From Catajapyx aquilonaris (lineage: Eukaryota), in NCBI GenBank assembly GCA_000934665.2, contig KZ538472.1, forward strand, positions 49,427 to 69,426: a stretch of DNA of 20,000 bases, in the 5' to 3' direction. Under the pieces are notes generated by a model. It searched no databases. It was not told the DNA's origin and was given only the letters and a program-made list of their open reading frames with translations. Shown one piece after another: positions 9,541 through 19,419 of the stretch. Within the stretch, counting starts at the first letter, position 1. Each line of letters opens with the position of its first letter. Made by a program: the position numbers and the translations under genes.

Positions 9541-11155
9541 GGCCTGCACTCCACATAACACACCGCCTGTGCCATGATGCCACGATGTGAGGGTCTGACC
9601 CGATGATAACCCGCCCGAGAAACACGCTAACTTCCGTACTTCCTATTTGCGACAAGCTAACACTGGGGAAAGTTACGCGACTTTTCCCTGTGGCGGTACA
9701 AAAATGCGCATCATTTAATGTAATGCCACCTGAAGGACGGATTTTTTGCGCATTGTTTCTATTAGGGTATAATAGTATTATCGCCAGCCGAGGATNNNNG
9801 GGAGAGATTAAATCCGTCGTAATGGCAACATGGTGGGCATGTGGAGTGATGTAGTGTGATTATTAGTACTGAATAGCGATCAACTGATAAAACCTTCTCT
9901 GGATTGATAGAAGTTAAGTTGAAGACTGTAACCTTTATTGACCTTTACATCAATGCCTTTCAATCAGAACGTGGCGATTCTGGGATTTATTTCTATTACA
10001 GCTTTTGAGTGCGGAATATACTACGGTCTGCATATGGTTTATCATCATTGTAAATATGTTAATTCTAACTTAATGCCATTGTCGGTAAAACCTACTATTT
10101 CTGCAGACGTGCAATGTGTCTACAATGCCATATGGCCTATACCTACAGGGGATGGAATAATTATTATAGATCCCTCTTCATAGTGTAGGTAGAATATTAC
10201 ACGTTGCAGATCTATATGTATAGTCCTTAGTAAGAACTGAGGGAGACTTCTGTAATTATTATGTATACATCTTGTGGTGTAAACATGCATAAATCACTCC
10301 CTTATTAAGATAATGACAAAGAATTGCCATCAAGTGTGCATGCCACTTAAATTGGAGCAGTTAACTCTTTATTGCCATGAGGACCACAAAAGGCACAGGA
10401 ATCCTGTAGACCTATACATCTTGCCACAACCTGATAACATGACCGCAAATCAGCGATAGAACTGAGTTTTCATAATCTCAAATCGAAATAGCAGAGTTAA
10501 TTTAGACATGTTCTTAAATACACAGTTGAGCTGTGCAAATGGAATGGCGTATTTTTAGCTTACTTTCCGATCACGTGACAAACCATCATTCATTACTTGA
10601 CAGCTGATCACGCGTACACACGTGTCGTATATACGCGCAAATTGACATTAATAATAATGCAATTTTCAACGTCCCTCCCATACACCTGGTCAAGTAATAA
10701 CATTGCGACATTGCTTGACGGTTGCACACAGTCCACTGTATCATAATAAAATCAAAACAAACCTATCAGGTCCCTGAGTACTGAATCACTTATATAATAG
10801 CGGGGCAAAAAACCCGATCTCATAAAAGATTACGCAAGAGAGCTCATCTGAGTGATCTCACTTGCGGTTTAAACCGGCCGAAGCAGTAGTAGTGTCATGA
10901 CTTGGCTGGAAATAAGCCTGACCTATCCTTTCCTCGACGAAGAGGCGACAGACCGCATTTACCTCGTCAGCGCTACGTTGTTTTATTGTCATTTCGAATA
11001 CAAAATGAGTCAATATATATTGGATACCAAGGAAACCATGCGTTGTCATGCAAGGATAACGGTGCATAATGGCAGGGAGATTCGTTCGGTCAGGTCTAGG
11101 CTCACGTTGGAAACCTATGTGCATGCAAAAGTAGCATTTTCGGGGTGTCTCTTAC

Positions 11156-11182
11156 CGTGTCCTTCACTTCAAGAGTCGCCAT
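11156..11182 (-). CDS. UGP: Candidate distal first coding exon of UGP (MATLEVKDT)
   Basis: GAT ATG GCG (good Kozak context: -3 G, +4 G) ... ACG|gtaaga phase-0 donor. Gives a 507-aa protein, typical for UGPase. A possible acceptor ttatctttcag lies at 11307-11306. Confidence 0.6.
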
Positions 11183-11448
11183 ATCTGCTTTGGCAGGTCA
11201 CATGCTCGGGAAGTAGGATACGTACATATTAGCAAAGGTACACCCCGGGGAGTAGGCGAGCGTGTTTAGTGCAACGGCGGGCGTTTGAATACGCTCTGCT
11301 GGAGGCTGAAAGATAACATAGTTTACGCCGGTTTACGCCTCTTTAATTCTAAAGTTATAGTACTTAAATTGTATAAAATACAATTACATATAATTGACAA
11401 AACAGTCAGTCAATTTTCCGCGAATATTATGAGTAAACGATAAATATA

Positions 11449-11886
11449 CAGGGTGATGGGGAATTCGCGGATAATCGCCAGGTAGAAGGATAGTACATGC
11501 AAAACTAATATAGGGATATGCAATTAGTTTTTGGCTCCGTTGCGTAGTTAATGCGTACGGCGCCCTTAAAGTGTAGAGAGCCGGATGGTGGAATATGAGG
11601 CAAAAACGACAAAGTGCATAGGTGCCGTACCCAGATTCTTACTCTGACGGGATTTGATCGCCTCTTGCACATGGACGATGTGTTAGGGGACCAAGGCAAG
11701 GCCCTCGAACTGACTTCGTCTTCTTAGAAGCTGGCGGAACGGATGTGACGTCTCGAAACTTTGACGGCGGCGCCGTACGCATTAACTATACGCAACGGAG
11801 CCCAAAACTAATTGCACATCCCAATATTAGTTTTGTGAGTACTATCAGTCTATCTGGCGATTATCCGCAAGTTTCCCTTCACCCTG
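11449..11886. mobile_element. Tc1/mariner-type MITE with about 116-bp TIRs
   Basis: TA|CAGGGTGATGGGGAA...CGTACGGCGCC (11449-11564) pairs with GGCGCCGTACG...TTCCCTTCACCCTG|TA (11769-11886); TA TSD; no transposase ORF. Confidence 0.9.
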
Positions 11887-12669
11887 TATGCTGGCAAAAC
11901 CGGACATGAGGCAAAATGCCAAAAAAGAGGGTAAAACAATAGATGCCACTATTGTTATATGTATATCTGGTTGCGACACGACTGCATTGAGACACATATC
12001 TCTCAATCGTATGTTGGCTAACAATATTGCAATACTACCATATTTAGATCCACTGAGAAAATTGATATTTTGTATTGCACAGTCAAGATTTCATTTTCTG
12101 CTATTTTGTCTTGTACCACCAAGAGCTCTTGGTACCACTTATTTAATAATTAAAATATGACCTCTAATCTCATATTCACCAGTTTTTTAAATTAAATATA
12201 AACTTACAATAAAAAGCTGATTACAATGTATCCTACCTTCACAACAAAAAGCCCTATGCCTACCATATAGTTTTTTCATTCAGAACTGCCCCTTAAAGTT
12301 GCCAAGAAAAATCACTGTCAACGAGAGCCACTTTTTTGACATTCTTTCCCTTTCTCGGCCCACTCTATGGTACGATGTAAATAATTTCGCCAGTGTAGTT
12401 GTAGCCTATGTACCGTAGTAGTAGGCCCTACACGTGTGACTGATGTGAAGACACCTTGTCGAACTATTAAAATGTAGCATTTTCATTTTGTTGTTGGGTT
12501 TCAGTTCAGGTGTACTAGCTGTACCTTGCAACACAATAATCACTGGAAAATTAATTTTACTAATAAATAACATACTGTAATCATATAATGCTATTTATTT
12601 ACTGGTTTATCACCCTGCCTTGATGAATGTACACTACGTTTTTTACATAGGTAGACCCTTCAAGTACCG

Positions 12670-13048
12670 TACTTCAAGTGCAGGTAGCAGGTTCAAAGGC
12701 GTTCAAAGCTTTTCCCGGTTTTCCTGTCTCTGCGCGCTTCTATAGTGAAGTTGAAGGCGGCAACTCGCGCGCCATCTGGACGCAAAATCATGAAGATGTG
12801 TAGTCTACTGTCTAGTAGTGTCTACTCCACTCTCCAGTCTTCTCCACTAATCCACTGGCATGGCAGTATGGCACGTGGTCTGGCACGGGGCACCATCACG
12901 GCACCTTAGACATAAACTGTACTCGGTGTGTCCGGCTGGTGTCCGGCTTCAGGTGTCTGCCGTCCAGGACTTCAGTCACCAGTCGGGTCAGACGCTGATC
13001 TACTGCCTGTTGAAGTACTGAAGGGCATGCCTACTGACGAAGTTTATC
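12670..13048. promoter_or_regulatory. Putative shared (bidirectional) promoter region for UGP and RPUSD1
   Basis: GC/CpG-enriched segment between the divergent genes, with a CTCF-like GCGCCATCTGG at 12769-12779 and a possible minus-strand donor GAA|gtacgg at 12672-12671. Confidence 0.4.
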
Positions 13049-13520
13049 ATGTGTATAATAGTGCTTATACGTACGGGCCTGCGCTTGTTTATTGACCAAC
13101 TCGTCAGATTGGCTGGCTGCCACTACCATTTTCAACAATTGGCGCGGCACGTTTTAAGTGAGCGCACCAAAAGCCCGACCCTTGACGATATAGAAATTTT
13201 GCTAGAAACTGAACACTTTTTGCTAGTAAACAAGCATTTCGACGTTTTGATAAATAGCGACGATCCAAACCAAAGGGTGACACTTCAGCATCAGGTGCAT
13301 CACTTGTATCCAAATCTAGCCAACCAGGCTCTCAAATATGGATTTTATTTTGCACACCGCCTTGACTTTGCAACAAGTGGTGTGATCTGTGTGGCCAAGA
13401 CAAAGGCTGCCTGCCGGGCTGCCACTGAGGCCTTTGAGAAGAGGAGGGTTACGAAGCTGTATGTTGCAGTGCTACGAGGACATGTTTCACACGATCTAAT
13501 CAGCATCGAGTTTTCCATTG
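13049..13520 (+). CDS. RPUSD1: RNA pseudouridylate synthase domain-containing protein 1 (RluA family), exon 1
   Basis: Translates FLLVNKHFDVLINS...YGFYFAHRLDFATSGVICVA...VTKLYVAVLRGHV, including the catalytic HRLD motif; ATT G|gtaatt phase-1 donor. Confidence 0.92.
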
Positions 13521-13788
13521 GTAATTGCTGTACTTGCTTAAAGGCCAGCTGGCATAACTTTGTGGATGACTGCTCCAAGCTCCTCCATTCACTAATTCCA
13601 TTCCCTCCAGATGATGGGCTACATATGAATTTACTATCAACTGCCCATGCCAAGAAGTGACATGTTGAGCATTCCCACACTTCCACTTCTTTTATTTAAT
13701 CACTCTGCAATGAAATTCATTATTATAAAATAGCCTCATGTCACATGATGAGGAATATAAACTGTCCTAATATTGTTTCGAATATATA

Positions 13789-14205
13789 CGTGGTGCATCT
13801 GAAAAGTTCAGTGAATGTTACAATAAAAGGTACAAAACAAAAGGTGAATTGGAATTACCTTTATTAGCCCTCAAAGTGCTCTCCATCAGACACAACACAC
13901 TTTTAAAATCGTTCGTAAGCCTTCTGAGAACAGCTAGAAAATTTTATCTTTGGACCCTCTCCAGATTTGTTGTCACACGGCCGTGCACGGGTCTGAATGT
14001 CCGTTAAGCGCGATCCATTCATTCAAGGCTATTAAACATAAAAAAGTCCATAGGTGAAAGGTCAGTGGAGTACAGTAGGTGATTCAAAACAGTAACACTA
14101 CACTGAGCCTTAAAGGCCTTTGAAGGCCAATGAAGATAATTCCTATGTACCTTCTGTTTTGTTGCTTTTATTGTAACAGTCACCAAACTTTTTAGACACA
14201 CCACG
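13789..14205 (-). mobile_element. Mariner-derived MITE (417 bp) with 88-bp inverted arms
   Basis: TA|CGTGGTG...CACCACG|TA. Minus-strand transposase remnants: HLLYSTDLSPMDFFMF (YSPDLAP motif) and KCVVSDGEHFEG*. Confidence 0.88.
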
Positions 14206-14499
14206 TAGTTTGCACAACATGACACTACACCATTGAAATTCTAGCCTATCAACCAAACTGTAGGAATCCCTGAGAGATGAGATCTACCATGTTAAGTTGG
14301 TGGTACCAGCCACAAAGGTAGAAATGCAAGACTATGCCTATGAGTGTGCTCTGGAAGGGAATATATAAAAATTAAGTAGGATAGTTCTTGATAATATTTA
14401 ACCATGCCTCATCATGTGTAGCACCATCACAAGAGGTACCAGTACTAAAAAATAACTTGCTTGCCATACCCTTGTACTGGAGCAGTGTTGGCACATATA

Positions 14500-15279
14500 C
14501 GAGGGTCGTTCGGAAAAGAGCCGCACTCGATTTATTGTCGCGGCATACATGGCTGCATGAAGTTGGCATTTGCCTCAACAGGGTGGCCCACTAGTACCCT
14601 ACACTCTGTAAAGAGTTTGTCATATTCACCGCATCAGGTCAGAGACAGTGCCACTTGAAACGCAGGAGGGTGTAGACTGGCGTGGACAAGATGGAAGGTG
14701 ACTATCACGGCTAAAGGTGGACAGCCTGGTTCTTGTGGAAAGAAGGTGCGACAGCGGCGGACATGCTGGAGGACATGCTGTGGGCTGGTTGGAGCAGGGG
14801 TCCACTGTGAACAGTACCACGTACTGCATCCTGCTGCGTCGTCTGCGTCGGAGGATTCAGCAACGGTGCAAGGGGAAATGGGCGCAAAAGGTGTTGCTCC
14901 TGCACGACAACACGCGGCCTCACACAAGCCGCGCAGTGACACAATCACTGCTTGATCTCGGTTACACTGTGTTGTCACACCTACCCTATTCCCCGGACCT
15001 GGCACCTTCTGACTATGGACTTTACGACGTGATGAAGGAACCCCTCCGTGGACGAAGATTTGCCAATGCAGCTGAGCTCCAAGGAGCTGTCCATGACTGG
15101 GTGGTTAGGGCACCAAAAGACTGGTTCCGAGAGACGATCATGAAGTTGCCAGGAAGGTGGCAACGGTGTATCGACCTAGGTGGAGAATACATTGAGGCAG
15201 CCCAAGTGTGATTCAGCCTCTGCAGATACATGTAGTGGCCAAAAAAATTCGAGTGCGGATCATTTCCGAACGACCGTCG
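14500..15279 (+). mobile_element. Internally deleted mariner (DD34D) element, 780 bp
   Basis: TIRs of about 31 bp (CGAGGGTCGTTCGGAAAAGAGCCGCACTCGA, 3 mismatches) and a TA TSD. The C-terminal transposase frame is open to 15211, with HDNTRPH...YSPDLAPSDY (34 residues between the two Asp). Confidence 0.95.
14691..15211 (+). pseudogene. Truncated mariner transposase
   Basis: N-terminal stub MEGDYHG*RWTAWFLWKEGATAADM fused out of frame to VGWLEQGSTVNSTTY...WQRCIDLGGEYIE. Most of the DNA-binding domain and the first catalytic Asp are missing. Confidence 0.85.
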
Positions 15280-15467
15280 TATGTGATTTTTTCTGAAAAC
15301 ACTAACATATTTATCCTTCTCTTCCTGAGTAATGCAGTATCACAGGTCATGGCTTTTCTCTCTGAACAATGTTTAACTTGACCTTACCACTCAACCACCT
15401 CCAAAATCTTTAAATATTTGTGTCTGAATTTGCTTGCTCAAAATGAAACTAGGATAAAAGCATAAAT

Positions 15468-15712
15468 GAGGGGTGTGGTGGAAAAATGTGCCAACCCACA
15501 AAAGTGTAACTTTTCAGGAGAGCGAATTGAAGTTTGCATTCTCTTCACAAATCATAGGGAATGCAGGTTTTGATCTAGTCCATGTTCCCGTCTCGTGCAT
15601 GATACGTGAACTTGGAGTATACCAAACTGTTTGTCATGTCTTTTATGTAATTTCTAGGCGTTTAGGTCAAAAATGACAGAAATGAGGGTCACATTTTTTC
15701 ACCACATCCCTC
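15468..15712. mobile_element. Sola-like MITE
   Basis: TIRs GAGGGGTGTGGTGGAAAAATGTG and CACATTTTTTCACCACATCCCTC; GAG...CTC termini; 4-bp TSD AAAT on both sides. Confidence 0.75.
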
Positions 15713-16735
15713 AAATGAGGCTGAAAGGCACCAATTCGTCATCAAACATTGTCCACCCAGTTGCATGGGAGTCCATTAAAATGGTAAACATTTGAACAGC
15801 AATTAGTTTGGCACTTGGTGCATGGGATATTTGACAACAAATGTCACATGGCTGATCACCCTACTCCTGCCTTTCCATTTTAAACATTCCTGACACCAAG
15901 AGCATTACTGAATTTATGGATGACCCTCAATGGTGCACAGATCATGTTAAATTCACATAAGGGGAACAATACTGTATAAGCAGGATCTCTGGGATTTTTT
16001 CTGCAAGGTAAACAGATTTAGAAATTGTGGAAAAATTAACCTCACAGTAAAACATTTGAGCTATTTATAGCAACTAGTTTCATCAGGTATACTGTACCAT
16101 GTAAAAAAGTGACACCACATTCATTTGACAAGTCAGGCTGAAAAATCAGGCAAACAATCTGTAAATTGATCATGCAATCTATTTTTCGGAACTGAATGGT
16201 AAACCCAGGGTGACAGGTCAAAGTCAGTGAGAAGCTGTCATCTCCTAGCTAAGGGTGATACCACATGACAAGTGGTGGAAGAGATTCTTGATAGATTGCA
16301 CAATGCACACTCTGACTATGCCCCTTCCAGGGAGAGAATCTGGGAGTCAATCACCTCCACACATTCAAAAGTCTTTCCTTCTCACTAATCATGTTTGGTC
16401 TGTGAATTTGAAGAGGTGATGCTGACTGTTCCCGCACCTGATGAACTGACTGTAGCAGACAATGCATTTTCTCCAAGTCTGTTCTCTCAACTCTGCCTTC
16501 AGTTCGGCAAAAAGTAGATTGTACCCTCGGAACCAAGCTATTTTACCCTATTATTATTAGAGTACAACTTGTCAAAGGACACCACTGTCCCTTATAAATG
16601 TCACCATGATGACAAACCAATAATTTTTATTCTGACTTGTCCAGTAAATCAAATGGTCATTTCGTGACCAAAATTCATTGTATGCAGATTGTTCTACACA
16701 GACAGACTTTTGTGCCAATATTTGAATTATTTCAG

Positions 16736-17208
16736 GTGAGGACACTCGTTCAGAATATGCTTCGCACCACCTGCGAATGTGCATAGGTGACAAGCCTTAC
16801 TGCCAAGGGGCACGTGAAGCACGGACAACTCTTCTGGTCCTGGAGCGAGGACTCTCCTCGGGACACCCAGCCACCAAAGTGCTTTTGCAACCTCACACTG
16901 GTCGAAGACACCAGTTGCGTTTACATTGTTCCGAGTTGGGACATACCATTGTGGGTGATTATACATATAGTAACCGTAAGGATGTCTTTCCTCAACGCAT
17001 GTACCTGCACTCATTGCGTTTGGTGTTGCCCACATCCCTTGAGAATGTGGATGCTGCCACTGTAGATCCTTTTTTGCCATGTGATTGGTGGACACCAGTT
17101 CAGACCCACTGCAAGTTGGATGAAGCGTACCTGAAAATTCTGGGGGAACCTCAGCTCAGGGTGCCAAACATAAAGCATAGAAGTCAAAGTTCACACAGGA
17201 AATATTAG
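16736..17208 (+). CDS. RPUSD1: RPUSD1, exon 2
   Basis: ttatttcag|GT GAG phase-1 acceptor. Translates (G)[17 protein letters not shown]...[32 protein letters not shown]...RMYLHSLRL...DPF. The spliced total is 314 aa. Confidence 0.92.
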
Positions 17209-17351
17209 AGATTTTGTAAGATAAGACTTTTAGGAGACATTTTCTCATCACTGTATCAAGTAATGATTTTGTGGTAGAGTCAACATTGAACACATATTAC
17301 CAACCCTTTTCAAGTTATGTTCAAATATGTGCTTTCTTGCATTGTTGACAA

Positions 17352-17357
17352 AATAAA
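17352..17357 (+). terminator. Putative polyadenylation signal of RPUSD1
   Basis: AATAAA 144 nt after the stop codon and just before the downstream mariner. Confidence 0.45.
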
Positions 17358-17446
17358 TAGGTGAACGTAGGCTACACAGTGATTGGCCACTTTCATGTGT
17401 TACTCTTAATTTCAAGACATGTTGCAGTTCCACATAGGCCTATTTA

Positions 17447-18204
17447 CAAGGTGCTACCCAAAAGTTCATGAACTGGCACCAATACTTTCAAACCGCGTAT
17501 AATTTGTCACTTCCACTCTAGGTATTGCTGCAGGTGACCTTTCTTAACCATGTCAAATGGCAGCATCAGAGGTTGAATGGATAAGTTTCTGTGGAGTTTT
17601 TTGTAGTGTCGTGTTTGGTGTGTTCTGCGATTCTATCGGGGTGAAAATGGATGACCTGAAATAACAGCATAAATTTTGTTTCAAACTTGGCAAAAGTACT
17701 GCACTCACAAGATGCTGCAAGATGCATTCAGTGACAATGATTTAGGGACATACAAATGGTATACTAGGTTCAAAGATGGCCGCATTTGACCGTGGAAGAT
17801 GACACTCTTTCTGGAAGTCCTTTGACAAGCACAACCCCTGAGAAAGTATGTGAAATTATTCTCAAATCTTCGGGAGACAGAGTGCGCTGCGGTAACATAC
17901 ACGCCCACAGATGTTAACGTCCCGCATTCGATCCCCGCCCTGAGTTCCCCCCTTCATCTCGTGCAGAGTTGGGTCGTCTCTGGCTTCGTCTCAGGTGGAA
18001 TCTCCGACAGACTAATCCACCCGGAGGAGTTCACAAAATGTACCACTATTGAGACATTGCACTTGCACCTTGCACATCCCCTCCCAGTCACCCTGCCCTT
18101 GGACCAGGGCGATTCGTTCAAGGTTCCAGCATCATACTGCAATGTACTACAAGTATAATACAGGTCCGTGCTCCACACCTCAATTGAGGTCGAGCACTAC
18201 CCAG

Positions 18205-18235
<31 letters not shown>

Positions 18236-18729
18236 TCAAACCATCTTCCTTTCAGCTAAATTTTCATTTCCGGGAAGAGAAAGAAGTTGCAGGGAACTAA
18301 ATCTGTCGAAAAAGGGTGCTGAGGGAGGACATTCGAAGGAAAAGCTTCGGTAAGTGGTGCGAGAACAACATCACAACACGTGGCTCATGCCGCAGTTTTT
18401 ATCGTCCCACAACATGATGATTGTCCCTCAGCAGCCTCTTTCACCAGCTTTAGCTCTCTGTGACTTCTATCTCTTCCCGAAAATGAAAATTAAGCTGAAA
18501 GGAAGAAGATTTGACTCCGTAAACCAGGTCCACGAAGAATCGCAGACTGCGCCGAGTGCCCTAACAAAATATTACTTCCACAAAGAATTCAAATTCTGGG
18601 AAGAGCACTGGGATCAGTATCTATATTCCAAATGGGTACTACTTTGAAGGTGATTGAGGAAAATAAGGTGTTCGGGAAGCGGGTTTTTCAGAAAAAAAAT
18701 CAGTTCGCGAACGTTGGGGTAGCACATCG
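17447..18729 (+). mobile_element. Decayed mariner element with a nested retroelement
   Basis: TIRs CAAGGTGCTACCCAAAAGTTCATGAACTG and CAGTTCGCGAACGTTGGGGTAGCACATCG; TA TSD. Remnants KFCFKLGKS, KWYTRFKDGR, RVLREDIRRK and LSPALALCDFYLFPKMKIKLKGRRF, with stops and frameshifts. Confidence 0.9.
17867..18228 (+). mobile_element. 5'-truncated non-LTR retroelement 3' end (or SINE-like) with an (ATT)n tail
   Basis: Interrupts the mariner. TSD ATTATTCTCAAA at 17855-17866 and 18229-18240; 3' stem-loop at 18168-18197; (ATT)10 at 18205-18234. Confidence 0.8.
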
Positions 18730-19201
18730 TATAAATATGGAACCACTTGGCAGCTCTTTCTCTGTCATTTAGGACCATTTTTGATACCCGATGTATTAGA
18801 TGTCAAAGTATCAATGTTTTTTTCTTTTGCATGTGATGCTCCTGTATAAAAAAGCGAGTTTTTCTGGTGATATTTATGACCAACTCTCTCCCTCTCTCTC
18901 TGAAAACCCATACTTGACTATACATATAGTCTTGATGCATGAAACTATTTCAGCCCTCCTTTTTAACAAAAAATTAGAATTTGTCTCTGACACAGAGGTG
19001 GTCAATGATTGTTCATGTAATAGCACCGTATTTAGTGATTGGCACACCCATTATTGGTGACATTTTCATTTACTGTTGTTTTTGACATGTTACTTCTCCT
19101 TAGTGCTCTTTAATGTGCCTTAATTGTATGCCTGGTGCCATCCTGTTTAGGTGGCACTGGTGGGTTGGACCTTGCAAGAGGTAGCTCTTAGCTGGTATCC
19201 G

Positions 19202-19317
19202 CAGTGGCGGATTTAGGGGGGCACCGGGACGGGTTCGTTTCCATTAGTTTGGGGTCGCGAGGAAGGGTTGTGACCTTGAACTGGCCTGGGGCGGGCCCTG
19301 GTCACCCCCCCCCCCCC
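19202..19317. mobile_element. Possible hAT/Tip100-like terminus next to an assembly gap
   Basis: Starts CAGTGGCGGATTTAGGGGGG, is GC-rich, and runs into poly-C and the N gap. No matching second end was found. Confidence 0.4.
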
Positions 19318-19419
19318 NNNNNNNNNNNNNNNNNNNNNNNNNNNNNNNNNNNNNNNNNNNNNNNNNNNNNNNNNNNNNNNNNNNNNNNNNNNNNNNNNNN
19401 NNNNNNNNNNNNNNNNNNN
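19318..19419. other. Assembly gap (102 N) flanked by poly-C and poly-G
   Basis: Run of N; a second 4-N gap lies at 9796-9799. Confidence 0.99.

Noticed and set aside
11889..12296. Possible Kolobok-like element ending ACTGCCCC|TTAA
   Set aside because: Only one putative end is visible, with no partner TIR or TSD.
13521..13660. C-terminal extension of the 203-aa ORF (GNCCTCLK...)
   Set aside because: Read-through into the intron; RPUSD1 similarity resumes at 16736 after a canonical GT-AG intron.
14717..15211. SETMAR-like RPUSD1-transposase fusion by exonisation
   Set aside because: It is on the same strand and inside the intron, but I found no phase-1 AG with a polypyrimidine tract in the transposase frame, and the transposase lacks its first catalytic Asp.
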